Of a stretch of 64,000 bases of DNA, positions 20,438 through 31,124 are shown in pieces; within the stretch, counting starts at the first letter, position 1; each line of letters starts with the position of its first letter. Position numbers and translations under genes: made by a program. The notes below the pieces were generated by a model, which was not told the origin of the DNA, searched no databases, and saw nothing but the letters and a program-made list of their open reading frames with translations. The stretch lies in sequence record NZ_CP135254.1, one strand, 5' to 3'. This DNA is from a plasmid.

Positions 20438-21766
20438 AATGAGATGGTCACTCCCTCCTTCCCGGTATTATGCTGAGGACAGGCTTTCATTCGGAGAACT
20501 ATCATGGAAAACATTGCGCTCATTGGTATCGATCTGGGTAAAAACTCTTTCCATATTCATTGCCAGGATCGTCGCGGGAAGGCTGTTTACCGTAAAAAAT
20601 TTACCCGGCCAAAGTTGATCGAATTTTTGGCGACATGCCCCGCTACAACCATCGCAATGGAAGCCTGTGGCGGTTCTCACTTTATGGCACGCAAGTTGGA
20701 AGAGTTGGGGCATTCCCCAAAGCTGATATCACCACAATTTGTCCGCCCGTTCGTTAAAAGCAATAAAAACGACTTTGTCGACGCCGAAGCTATTTGTGAA
20801 GCTGCATCGCGTCCGTCTATGCGTTTTGTGCAGCCCAGAACGGAATCTCAGCAGGCAATGCGGGCTCTGCATCGTGTCCGTGAATCCCTGGTTCAGGATA
20901 AGGTAAAAACAACCAATCAAATGCATGCTTTTCTGCTGGAATTTGGCATTAGCGTTCCCCGAGGAGCTGCCGTTATTAGCCGACTGAGTACCATTCTTGA
21001 GGATAATAGTTTGCCTCTTTACCTCAGCCAGTTATTGCTGAAATTACAACAGCATTATCACTATCTTGTTGAGCAGATTAAAGATTTGGAATCCCAGTTG
21101 AAACGAAAGTTGGACGAAGATGAGGTTGGACAGCGCTTGCTGAGCATTCCCTGCGTCGGAACACTGACAGCGAGTACTATTTCAACTGAGATTGGCGACG
21201 GGAAGCAGTACGCCAGCAGCCGTGACTTTGCGGCGGCAACAGGGCTTGTACCTCGGCAGTACAGCACGGGAGGTAGGACGACATTGCTGGGAATTAGTAA
21301 GCGAGGTAATAAAAAGATCCGAACTTTGTTGGTTCAATGTGCCAGGGTATTCATACAAAAACTGGAACACCAGTCTGGCAAATTGGCCGATTGGGTCAGG
21401 GATTTACTGTGCCGGAAAAGCAACTTTGTCGTCACTTGTGCTCTGGCAAACAAGCTGGCCAGAATAGCCTGGGCCCTAACGGCACGACAGCAAACTTATG
21501 TAGCATAACGGCAGAAATACACCGGTTTAAAGAATTACTGATCTGGTTTTGCGAATACTGATATTGATGATACTAACGGCCCACCGGCCTGTTGAGGAAC
21601 CTGTAAAACGGAAAGGCTCATTGAAGCCGTATATTTTCTGGAGGTTCATCAGGCGCGGAACTCATCAAGGCGCGGGAATAAAATCCCATTCAGACGCCGG
21701 ATAGATTCAAGCAAGCCAACTTGTCGTCAAAATCGGTGTTGCAAAAACGGGAGTGACCATAGATTC
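20438..21766 (+). mobile_element. IS110-family (IS1111 subgroup) element, IS4321/IS5075-like, inserted in the Tn21-type IR
   Basis: ~1329 bp. Subterminal IRs TGGTCACTCCC / GGGAGTGACCA. Exactly splits the transposon IR, the known target of these IS elements. Confidence 0.85.
20504..21508 (+). CDS. IS110-family transposase
   Basis: 334 aa; MENIALIGIDLGKNSFHIH N-terminus (DEDD-type). Confidence 0.9.
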   Translation: MENIALIGIDLGKNSFHIHCQDRRGKAVYRKKFTRPKLIEFLATCPATTIAMEACGGSHFMARKLEELGHSPKLISPQFVRPFVKSNKNDFVDAEAICEAASRPSMRFVQPRTESQQAMRALHRVRESLVQDKVKTTNQMHAFLLEFGISVPRGAAVISRLSTILEDNSLPLYLSQLLLKLQQHYHYLVEQIKDLESQLKRKLDEDEVGQRLLSIPCVGTLTASTISTEIGDGKQYASSRDFAAATGLVPRQYSTGGRTTLLGISKRGNKKIRTLLVQCARVFIQKLEHQSGKLADWVRDLLCRKSNFVVTCALANKLARIAWALTARQQTYVA

Positions 21767-21893
21767 CGTTTTCTGAGGCGACCCCTATCTGGATAGCAAC
21801 CTGTTTTAGCTCAGGAGGGAGGTGTTCCAGATTGATATGATTATCACCCGAAATGTCATCATCCGGACTTTCGAAGAGCCAGCCGTAACTCAT
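21690..21893 (-). CDS. hypothetical protein
   Basis: 67-aa ORF downstream of the hha-like gene. Confidence 0.3.
   Translation of the reverse strand: MSYGWLFESPDDDISGDNHINLEHLPPELKQVAIQIGVASENGIYGHSRFCNTDFDDKLACLNLSGV
21767..21787. repeat. outer half of Tn21-type IR; right end of the Tn21-subfamily remnant
   Basis: TCCGTTTTCTGAGGCGACCCC. Confidence 0.8.
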
Positions 21894-21906
21894 AAGGTCT
21901 CCTGTT

Positions 21907-22110
21907 CTATTTCACAAATTTCCAGACACCTGACGGTACCCGGTCATACAACTTTCCCATCGTCATCTCCGCCAGCCGGTGATCAACCGCGGCATTGAAA
22001 TGCTCAAGCTCATCATCTGACAGAGAATATTTATTTTTTTCTATAATCCTTTCCAGGGTTTCCTTCGATGTACAGCGCCGTAGTCGTAAAATCCATTCCT
22101 GTTTCGTCAT
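21907..22110 (-). CDS. hha: Hha/YmoA-family H-NS co-modulator
   Basis: LRLRRC...[37 protein letters not shown] matches Hha. Confidence 0.8.
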   Translation of the reverse strand: MTKQEWILRLRRCTSKETLERIIEKNKYSLSDDELEHFNAAVDHRLAEMTMGKLYDRVPSGVWKFVK

Positions 22111-22143
22111 TGGTTTTTTATATCCTTAGGTGTCCCGGTAGTT

Positions 22144-22515
22144 TCATTTTGGAAGAAGCTTTCCTTTCAGCCAGTTATGAGTGAACCATTTTGCATATAT
22201 GATGTAACCCACAAAAGTTAAGAGTGCGGACAGACTATATATCCGGAGAACAGGTACCACGTGATGAAAACGTATCATCTGACCGGATTCATCTGCCAGA
22301 CTCATTAATACATTGCTGTATGTTTCAGTCTGAAAAAACTCGTAGTAAGGTACCATCACAACATGAAGAAAAAATAAATTAAGCAGATACGTCAGAGAAA
22401 ACGCGTGTTCCTGCCCGTTATAGGGCGCATACTGCGCAAAGGCGAACATCCATCCGGTGAAAAGCAGAAAACACATCGTTAAATACACCACCACCCATAT
22501 CGCTGTTTTCATCAC
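22144..22515 (-). CDS. hypothetical membrane protein
   Basis: 123 aa; 3-4 predicted TM segments. Confidence 0.4.
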   Translation of the reverse strand: MMKTAIWVVVYLTMCFLLFTGWMFAFAQYAPYNGQEHAFSLTYLLNLFFLHVVMVPYYEFFQTETYSNVLMSLADESGQMIRFHHVVPVLRIYSLSALLTFVGYIIYAKWFTHNWLKGKLLPK

Positions 22516-22555
22516 TGCCCCTCAGTTATATAATTTTTCTGTAACGCAAATTTCT

Positions 22556-23050
22556 TCAGGCGTTATGGCCCGTGCCGTTCTGCTTCAGATAATCACTGAT
22601 GCTCAGGCCGGACAAGCGAATTTTATCAGAAATCTCCCTGAACTGCTCCTCCCAGCCGTCCTGCAGCTCCCTGATTGCCGCGATCTGGAAAGCAACACTG
22701 AAAGGCGTTCTGCCCAGTTTCTCGGAAAGCCAGAACAGATGCCTGCCAATCTCTTCGTCCGGTACCGAATCGAGCGCATCACTCAGTAAGGTTTTTTCGT
22801 CTTCCTGCCAGGGATGACCGGCTCGCGGAAAACGCGGATCAGGCTGGCGGTCTTTTTTCTCCCTTTTTTCCCGTCTGGCAACGGTCGGCGCATCGCCTTT
22901 TTTCAAGCCGACGCGCGCTTTCATGGCGCCGATAGCGGCGACGGCCAGTACCAGCGTTTCACGCTCCTGGCGCGTGAGCAGGCTGTCCTCGCAAATCAGG
23001 GTGTTCAGGTTATCGATCAGCTTATTCAGCCCGGGTTCAGTGACTTTCAT
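22556..23050 (-). CDS. hypothetical protein
   Basis: 164-aa ORF in a minus-strand operon. Confidence 0.45.
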   Translation of the reverse strand: MKVTEPGLNKLIDNLNTLICEDSLLTRQERETLVLAVAAIGAMKARVGLKKGDAPTVARREKREKKDRQPDPRFPRAGHPWQEDEKTLLSDALDSVPDEEIGRHLFWLSEKLGRTPFSVAFQIAAIRELQDGWEEQFREISDKIRLSGLSISDYLKQNGTGHNA

Positions 23051-23080
23051 TTTATGCTCATATTCCTTGTGTGGTGGCGA

Positions 23081-23653
23081 TCAGTCCCGGCTCTCATTCA
23101 CCTGGACGGTGACCGGCAGGCCTGCATCAAAACAGGCCTGATACCAGCTGGCCACCTGCAGGGGATCGCCCTCTTTTATCCGGCGTATGCCGCCGGCATC
23201 CGTCAGCTGCAGGCAGGTGGTACCGTCCAGACGGATCACGTAGGCCGCTTCCCTGATCGTGTAATGGCCGTCATCCAGCTGCAGCTCCACCGCGTCACCG
23301 GCAGCCGTCTGGCGTAACGGCAGACGCCGGACGTCTGTCAGTCGTTTTCGTGCCGTTTCAGCCTCGCGTGCTTCCTGGAAGAGCGGTTCTGCAGTGCAGC
23401 GACCGGCCTCCGTCAGCTCGACGGCCAGCTGCAGGTTCGGGGCGCGCAGGGTGCGCAGCCAGCCCGCGGCTTCCATGCGCCGGCAGGAGGCGCGCAGGTT
23501 CGGCCCGTACACCGGGGCGTCCCCGCCCTGCTCCAGCACCCGCTCAATATCCCGCGTCGCCACCGGGCCCGGCCGTTTCGCATCAAGGGCGGCCAGCACA
23601 ATCAGCACCCGGCGCTGCAGCGGCGACGGACGTCGGGATTTTTCCCGCATCAT
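23081..23653 (-). CDS. hypothetical protein with N-terminal winged-helix-like region
   Basis: 190-aa ORF; basic N-terminus. Confidence 0.45.
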   Translation of the reverse strand: MMREKSRRPSPLQRRVLIVLAALDAKRPGPVATRDIERVLEQGGDAPVYGPNLRASCRRMEAAGWLRTLRAPNLQLAVELTEAGRCTAEPLFQEAREAETARKRLTDVRRLPLRQTAAGDAVELQLDDGHYTIREAAYVIRLDGTTCLQLTDAGGIRRIKEGDPLQVASWYQACFDAGLPVTVQVNESRD

Positions 23654-23907
23654 TGTCCCTCATTCCTCTGGGAAATGAGCGTTTTAAGCCGTTTATAGTC
23701 TGCTTCGACCCGTGTTGTGGCCAGGCCAGTGTGTCCACGCAGCGCCAGGAGATACCAGAAGCGGAGGATGTCATGAGCCTTGTTCACTTCCCAGACATAA
23801 TGGGTGCCATCCCTGCGAAAATCGCATTGCTTTATTTCCTCTTCTGCCATCTGCGTCATCTGCTCATAGCTGAGCGAAAACAACATATCTTCATACATCC
23901 TGCACAC
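23650..23907 (-). CDS. hypothetical protein
   Basis: 85-aa ORF overlapping the downstream gene start. Confidence 0.4.
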   Translation of the reverse strand: MCRMYEDMLFSLSYEQMTQMAEEEIKQCDFRRDGTHYVWEVNKAHDILRFWYLLALRGHTGLATTRVEADYKRLKTLISQRNEGQ

Positions 23908-24322
23908 TCCGTCTGAACATGTCCGGTTTAATCAAAAATCATACTTCGTATAATTTACATCACATTTAGAAAACATCATATCAGATATGATTTTATAATT
24001 AATGAAAAATATCACATTCAGTATGATTTTATGTACTTGGCTTGATTATCATATCCTTTGCGCGTTTCCCGCCGTGCAGATCCGAAAATTGTCTTAAGCG
24101 GATCCGCACGTCTTCTTTTATGAATGGTAGTCCCCCTATACCGTAATTTTTCTGCCCCTCTGTGCATTACAAGCCGTTGTTTAACATTCTCAATCGTTTA
24201 TGCTTTGAGGGTCTGTCAGCACAGCGACAGATACATCGTCCAGCCGGGCATTCTGTCCGGGGGACAAAACATCAAAACGATGGAGATTAAGCCTATGGCT
24301 TATGTTAATCCTTATATGAAAG

Positions 24323-25024
24323 GTGGTGGAAAATATGAGTTCAAAATCAGGGGTAAACCCAAACGACGAAGTTAATCAGACTGTTGAAACTTCTCTAAAT
24401 GCAGGCATGAATGAACAGGACGTGGCATCTCTCGATAAAATCGGGAAGTTACAGGACGAACAGCTCCAGCGGTGCGGAATGACTGTGCCATCAGGAACTG
24501 AGGTGTTCCGGCTTCAGCTCGGTAGTCACGGCGGAAGCAGTGTCTTTTTCAATCGTAATGGCGAGGATTGCCGTTACAGTCTTAATGATGGTGAGAATGG
24601 CTCTATGTACGTGGCCAAAACTCCCGACACGGCAATGAAGGAAGTTTTTCAGCATAAAACAGGGCTCAGGGAATCAGATCTCGATAATTACATAATGGGT
24701 ACAGTAGTCATTGAGAAAGATATTCGGGTCCTTCAGGTCAGTAAGCTGATTAAATGCAGTGATTTAAGGTTGAATGATGTAACAACTTCAACACGTGCAG
24801 TGACTCATCAACTGGCTGAAAAAGTTCATTCAGCAGGGTTTGATGGAATGGAGTTTCCGTCAAATGTCACCAGTGACCCATGCCTTGTGCTATGGCATGA
24901 CGATCCGGCCGGAACCGGGATGGCCATAACCCGGAGCCAGACAAGTCTCAGTCAGTTTGAGTATCAGGGTAAGGAAGCGGCAGATATTCTTGTTTATGAC
25001 CTGGGAATTCCTGTTGAGGAATAA
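24323..25024 (+). CDS. RES-domain protein (putative NAD+-targeting toxin)
   Basis: Motifs alignable to RES toxins: FFNRNGEDCRYS...GSMYVAKTPDTAMKEV and AGFDGMEFPSNVTSDPCLVLW. The true start may be internal. Confidence 0.55.
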   Translation: MVENMSSKSGVNPNDEVNQTVETSLNAGMNEQDVASLDKIGKLQDEQLQRCGMTVPSGTEVFRLQLGSHGGSSVFFNRNGEDCRYSLNDGENGSMYVAKTPDTAMKEVFQHKTGLRESDLDNYIMGTVVIEKDIRVLQVSKLIKCSDLRLNDVTTSTRAVTHQLAEKVHSAGFDGMEFPSNVTSDPCLVLWHDDPAGTGMAITRSQTSLSQFEYQGKEAADILVYDLGIPVEE

Positions 25025-25055
25025 TTGATAAAGGGGGGGCAAGCACCCCCTTTCA

Positions 25056-25745
25056 TTAAACGGCGTTCTGTGTGCCATAGTTGCGAGCCAGCCGGCGTAA
25101 TTCATTCATCACTTTTTCATCCGGATTGCCTTTCAGAACCTCGGCGACGGTAAACGAACGCCCTGCAGGGTTCAGCCCATCCAGGACAGTATTTCTCTGT
25201 TCCATAAAGAAAGAATACTTCATTCGGTCACTGAAGCTGCTCAGCATAGTCAGCAGTTCGGCCACACCCCGGAGCACGCCTTTGTCCGAGATCCCTTCCT
25301 CATCAGTAAACTGAAACACCGGGTAGTAAAACTCACCGTCAATATCAAGAGCAAGTAACTGATCGGTATCTTTCCAGGTTTTAACTGTGGGTTTACTCTT
25401 GCCCACCATTTCTGCAGCTTTAGCTGAGGTGTAAACCCCGCCGTCATTTTCCAGTCTCTGAAGGAAAAGGGCCTTACTGTGTAAACGTCGCTGCTGACGT
25501 TTTTTTTCAGGCGTCAGGCTGTTAACTGCGCGATTTTCAAGTAACTTCAGGATGACATCCATGGTAAAAACCGCATCGGTATTCCCCATACTTTCAGGAG
25601 CAATCGGTGTTTTACCTGACCGAACTTCCTCTACCAGATCCTGAAAAAAATTCTCAAGACGCTCTGCAGCAATGCTGTTGTCCAAAAAATTATGCATAGT
25701 GGAGGAACGATCATTACCGTTTCGTTTTTGAGTTGATGTGTTCAT
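25056..25745 (-). CDS. Xre-HTH protein with C-terminal DUF2384/MbcA-like antitoxin domain
   Basis: HTH SAKAAEMVGKSKPTVKTWKD. C-terminal FFMEQRNTVLDGLNPAGRSFTVAEVLKGNPDEKVMNELRRL resembles the RES-toxin-binding domain. Confidence 0.55.
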   Translation of the reverse strand: MNTSTQKRNGNDRSSTMHNFLDNSIAAERLENFFQDLVEEVRSGKTPIAPESMGNTDAVFTMDVILKLLENRAVNSLTPEKKRQQRRLHSKALFLQRLENDGGVYTSAKAAEMVGKSKPTVKTWKDTDQLLALDIDGEFYYPVFQFTDEEGISDKGVLRGVAELLTMLSSFSDRMKYSFFMEQRNTVLDGLNPAGRSFTVAEVLKGNPDEKVMNELRRLARNYGTQNAV

Positions 25746-26274
25746 AAAACCTCCTTTTCGATTTCATGCTTTATAGACTACGTTAAATCGTTAAGTTGTG
25801 CAAGTTTTGTTCTCACCCCACCTTTTATAGTTTTTAACTATTGATTATTGAATTTTCTTCGGTATTAATTATTTCGTCATTTGAGATCCGAAAAAAGGTT
25901 GTTCCGGATCTGCTTTCCGGCCTCCGGTGCGCAGCGGCCCGGAAACACAAGATGTAGCGTGTTTATCAGCTGACGTTGACGCTATATGTTGTGTCTCCCC
26001 TCTGCCCCGTGACCGCCCGCTCACCACCGGAAAACGCCGCTTTGCTTATTCCCTGACCGTGGTACACTTCCGGAAACTGTGAAATAACGGAAAAGTCGGA
26101 TCACCATAAAACGGGCTTCCGGTAATTTATTAGTGTGGTTATATGTCTGCTTACTATCACTCTTAAAATGATAATGAAATGGGATAATCATCCTGGTGAC
26201 AGACTCAGGGTTGCGCTCAGTAGATTGTGCTGCGCGTCATAATTACTCTGAGTGACTATTTAAGGAATGATGTG

Positions 26275-26592
26275 ATGGATGAAGAAGAACCGGTACCTCA
26301 AAAATTTGACAGCCTTAATGATCTTCTCAATGAACTGAACCGGGCTGGCCACCCAAATGACCAGATATGGTTTTATGGTGCCAACGGCGATTACAGTGAA
26401 CCGGTCGCATTTCTGGCAGTGGACTCGCGTTTAATCGCAGAACGCCGTGATGATGGCTCATGGTGGACCGTCGACGGATACGGGGATGCTAATGATCCGC
26501 GTATGCCTGAACCGGAGGATGCCTGGGATGTTGAATCGTATCGCGGTCAACTGGATATGTGGTTTGATAACGGAATCCGAGAAAATGAATGA
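26275..26592 (+). CDS. hypothetical acidic protein
   Basis: ORF; start taken at MDEEEP. Confidence 0.35.
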   Translation: MDEEEPVPQKFDSLNDLLNELNRAGHPNDQIWFYGANGDYSEPVAFLAVDSRLIAERRDDGSWWTVDGYGDANDPRMPEPEDAWDVESYRGQLDMWFDNGIRENE

Positions 26593-26713
26593 TGGCTGGC
26601 GGGATTTCTAAACAACAATGGAATAAAGGTTTAGTCAGCTTACTCGCGAACTTCAGCTACCCCGATCTGACTGACTCATCCAGGGGCATTACAATAAAAT
26701 AAGGAATGTAGTT

Positions 26714-27049
26714 ATGAATGATATTCAGAACTCTGTGTCAGAACAAATGATTGCCCTGCTGACACGCTGCCTGCAGCTGCAGTCTGAAAAAGACGGTATT
26801 TCACGCCCGATGCCTGACAAAGCCCCGGTAGGTCTGTCTGATACCTTTGATGACTTTGCCCGCCAGATCCACCAGGCCTGCCTGTACGCGTCGATGACCG
26901 ACAGCCTGTTAGCACTTCAGAACCGCCTGGCAGATGCCGGCCGGCAGCTGGAACAGCGTGGTCAGCTCCACGTCGAATACGGTGATAGCTATGCCGCCGC
27001 CGCGCTTGCCTGGCTTGAACGAACCACGGGCACGGTGAAAAGCCAATGA
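26714..27049 (+). CDS. hypothetical protein
   Basis: 111-aa ORF overlapping the recombinase start. Confidence 0.4.
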   Translation: MNDIQNSVSEQMIALLTRCLQLQSEKDGISRPMPDKAPVGLSDTFDDFARQIHQACLYASMTDSLLALQNRLADAGRQLEQRGQLHVEYGDSYAAAALAWLERTTGTVKSQ

Positions 27050-27840
27050 CCGTTCCGGCTATCCCTGCGTACCCCGGGACTCACTCCGGTTCTGCCCTCA
27101 TGCAGCTGCCGGTGGCGATCGACTACCCTGCGGCACTGGCGCTGCGCCAGATGGCTTTGGTACAGAATGAACTGCCGAAATATCTGCTGGCACCGGAAGT
27201 GAGCGCCCTGCTCCACTACGTGCCGGATCTTCACCGCAAGATGCTGCTGGCCACGCTGTGGAATACCGGCGCCCGCATTAACGAAGCGCTGGCGCTGACC
27301 CGGAGTGATTTTTCGCTGGCGCCGCCCTGGCCTTTCGTTCAACTGGCCACTCTGAAACAACGGGCCGAGAAAGCCGCCAGAACGGCCGGCCGTGCTCCGG
27401 CCGGTAATCAGGCTCATCGCCTGGTTCCGCTTTCCGATCACCAGTACGTCAGCCAGCTGCAGATGATGGTGGCCACCCTGAAAATTCCTCTGGAAAGACG
27501 AAACAAGCGCACCGGCAGAATGGAGAAGGCGCGTATCTGGGAGATCACAGACCGTACCGTCCGCACCTGGCTTAGCGAAGCGGTGGAGGCCGCGGCGGTC
27601 GACGGGGTTACGTTTTCAGTACCGGTGACACCCCATACGTTCCGTCACTCCTACGCGATGCACATGTTGTATGCCGGCATCCCCCTGAAAGTTTTGCAGA
27701 GCCTGATGGGCCACAAATCGATTAGCTCGACGGAAGTCTATACGAAGGTGTTTGCGCTCGATGTCGCGGCACGGCACCGGGTGCAGTTCCAGATGCCAGG
27801 CGATGAGGCGGTGGCGCTGCTGAAGGGAAATGGCAGGTGA
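27046..27840 (+). CDS. resD: tyrosine site-specific recombinase (RepFIA ResD-like multimer resolvase)
   Basis: HTFRHSYAMHML...LMGH...TEVYT active-site region; sits next to the RepFIA ori2/repE as in F. Confidence 0.85.
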   Translation: MTVPAIPAYPGTHSGSALMQLPVAIDYPAALALRQMALVQNELPKYLLAPEVSALLHYVPDLHRKMLLATLWNTGARINEALALTRSDFSLAPPWPFVQLATLKQRAEKAARTAGRAPAGNQAHRLVPLSDHQYVSQLQMMVATLKIPLERRNKRTGRMEKARIWEITDRTVRTWLSEAVEAAAVDGVTFSVPVTPHTFRHSYAMHMLYAGIPLKVLQSLMGHKSISSTEVYTKVFALDVAARHRVQFQMPGDEAVALLKGNGR

Positions 27841-28069
27841 CCTCTGTCAGTGTAGTCACCTCCCTGCACATGCTAGGGTATTGTCAGCCAGCAGAACTGG
27901 ACAGGATGATCAGTATGTCAAACTTCCGGCCACGGATATGATCGAGCCAGCAGTGCTCGCCGCAGCCGAGCGACAGGGCGAAGCCCGCGAGTGAGCGAGG
28001 AAGCACCATTGAACAGTACTCATATATTCTGCTTACGCTCAATACCTGAAAAATCTCCTCCTCTCGGGG

Positions 28070-28086
28070 TTATCCACTTATCCACG
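28070..28086. promoter_or_regulatory. two DnaA boxes of ori2
   Basis: TTATCCACT TATCCACGG followed by an AT-rich stretch. Confidence 0.7.
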
Positions 28087-28181
28087 GGGATATTTTTATA
28101 ACTACTTTTTTAATAGTTGTTAGATCTTCTTTTTTAGAATGCCTTGCAGGCCTTTATCCATGCGGGTTTCAGAGGAGGATC

Positions 28182-28272
28182 TGTGACAAACTGCCCTTTC
28201 AGTGTGACAAATCACCCTCACCCCCCCCCCCTTTCTGTGACAAATTGCCCTTAACCCTGTGACAAATTGCCC
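28182..28272 (+). repeat. ori2 (oriS) iterons, 4x TGTGACAAA(T/C)(T/C)(G/A)CCCT
   Basis: Direct 16-mers at 28182, 28203, 28235 and 28257. An 11-C homopolymer (28220..28230) lies between repeats 2 and 3. Confidence 0.85.
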
Positions 28273-28314
28273 TCTGAAGATGTGGCTTTTCACAAAGTTA
28301 TCCCTACTTGTTGA

Positions 28315-29127
<813 letters not shown>

Positions 29128-29139
29128 TCCGAGGGTTAT

Positions 29140-29480
29140 CTGTCACAGATTTGAGGGTGGTTCGTCACATTTGACCTGACCAGCTGAGGGTGATTTGTCA
29201 CAGTTTTGCGGTTCACTCCTGTCAGTTTTCGGCTTACTCATAGTTTTTTTGCCAGTAATTGCTAGTGAAGCCGAATCTGAGGGCAGTTTGTCACTTTCCC
29301 TGAGGGCAGTTTGTCACAGTTAAATGAGTGCAATTTGTCACACAGACCTTTGAATGCTGAGTGCCATTTGTCACAGTTAAACTCTTGCCCTCCCCCTTAT
29401 GAAGCGATTTAACAGCGTACCTGAGACCTAGTTTTATTCGTCATCATTGATGAGGGCAAATTGTCACAGTTATTGCCCTG
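29140..29480 (+). repeat. incC iterons (5x ...TTTGTCACAG...)
   Basis: Repeated GAGGG(C/T)A(G/A)TTTGTCACAG units downstream of repE. Confidence 0.8.
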
Positions 29481-29649
29481 AATCGGCTGTCAACGTATGT
29501 GCATATACTCGGAGTGTTTCCCATAATGGACACATCTTTTTGCACAGAGCGTAAGTGCTACCTGCATGAACGGTTCCCCTGCGCTTCCTCGCCAGTTCGC
29601 TCGCTACTCTCGGTTACATGGCTGCGGCGAGCGCTGCCAGTTTTTAAGT

Positions 29650-30100
29650 AGCAATCTTTCAGCATGATAGCAGCAATCTTTAAGCATGATTGCTGCAATG
29701 ATGTTGATAACAGCAATCATGCTGCATGCTTTTTAAGCGCAATATTTTCACGACATATTTACCAGATAAAAGAATACAGATGCTACGCAAAGGCACACAG
29801 TTCCTGTAGTTTTACCTTTATGATTGCAGCTATCTTGCTGATAGATTGTTGTAAACCAGATAACACATTTTTGTATTGCAGCAAGATTGCATCAAGTTCC
29901 TTTTAACTGTTATTGCTTTCATAAATTTATGACAAGCAACCTGCTGACAGTATCTGCGGTATTCAGAATGGTAGATTTAATCTTGCTGCTAGATTTATGA
30001 TTATTGCAATCTTGCTGCAAGCTGCTATCTTGTTCTGGAATGATTTCTTTTCCTAACCTCAATCAGGTTTATACTAACGTTTGCTGCAAGATAGCAGCAA
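29650..30100. repeat. TGCTGCAAGAT / ATCTTGCTGCA repeat array, putative parC1 of a second type Ib par locus
   Basis: At least 8 direct/inverted copies of GCAGCAAGAT-type motifs upstream of the ParA gene. Confidence 0.5.
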
Positions 30101-30114
30101 GTAAAGGGGGCTGA

Positions 30115-30747
30115 ATGGCCTGGATAGTTGGTTTTATTTCCCAGAAAGGTGGCGTAGGCAAAAGCACTAAAGCGAGAGCGTTAGCGCGTGAAGCATCCGC
30201 CGGTGGTATCAAAACAAAATTAGCTGACCTCGACTTAGAACAGGCAACGAGTGCAGAGTGGCACCGCAGACGTCTGTCGGCAGGTTTGCCACCGGTTGCT
30301 TCAGTTGAAGTATTTTCAACAGCAAAACAAGCGATAGAATCTGCCGGTGAGTTTGAACTTCTCATTCTTGATGGCCCAGCTCGTGCAAGCAAAGGGACTT
30401 CTGAAATTGCTAGGGTTGCCGATCTTATCGTTCAACCAACAGGGGCATCCCTTGACGATCTTGTCCCGGCCATTAAAGTTTTCAATGCGCTGGTAAAAGA
30501 AGGTGTACCACGTACAAAACTGGTATTTGCTTTAAGCCGGGTAGGTACAGAAGCCGAAGAGTTGGATGCTCGTGCGTATATCAGTGAAGCGGGTTATGAA
30601 ACATTAGCTGGATGTCTCTTTGAGAAGCCGGCATACAGAAAAGCGATGAACTCAGGACTCGCGGTTACAGAAACACGCTATAAGGGTTTAAACGAGAGAG
30701 CTGATGAACTCATACAGGCACTCATCGATAAGATTGGAGAAGAATAA
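30115..30747 (+). CDS. parA: ParA-family partition ATPase (type Ib, ParF-like)
   Basis: ISQKGGVGKST deviant Walker A; 210 aa. Confidence 0.9.
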   Translation: MAWIVGFISQKGGVGKSTKARALAREASAGGIKTKLADLDLEQATSAEWHRRRLSAGLPPVASVEVFSTAKQAIESAGEFELLILDGPARASKGTSEIARVADLIVQPTGASLDDLVPAIKVFNALVKEGVPRTKLVFALSRVGTEAEELDARAYISEAGYETLAGCLFEKPAYRKAMNSGLAVTETRYKGLNERADELIQALIDKIGEE

Positions 30748-31121
30748 TGGCTGATACATCAAAACTTAAAGCTAAAAGAGCCCGCGGTGGGCTGGGTGTA
30801 CCTCCTGGCCCCGACGAAGTGGCTACCAGCCTGAACGCACCTGAAATAGCTCCTGCAGTCGCTGCCACTGAAGTACAGATACAGCAGGCTGACTTATCGC
30901 CGGTGTACCATGAGCCTGTGGATACGCAAACAGTGACTGAGGGATATACACGCCGCGATGGTCGTTCTGCGAGAAAAACGAACAGGACGCTGGCATTTGC
31001 AACACGTGTCACACCTACTTTCGATCAAGAAATCCGGGATATAGCTGAACGTGAGGGATTGAAACTGGTAGAAGTCCTTGAGAAAGCCGTTGAGGCATAT
31101 AAGGAAAAACAGGGGTATTAA
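30747..31121 (+). CDS. ParG-like RHH centromere-binding protein
   Basis: 124 aa; disordered N-terminus; C-terminal RHH-like FDQEIRDIAEREGLKLVEVLEKAVEAY. Confidence 0.6.
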   Translation: MADTSKLKAKRARGGLGVPPGPDEVATSLNAPEIAPAVAATEVQIQQADLSPVYHEPVDTQTVTEGYTRRDGRSARKTNRTLAFATRVTPTFDQEIRDIAEREGLKLVEVLEKAVEAYKEKQGY

Positions 31122-31124
31122 GCT

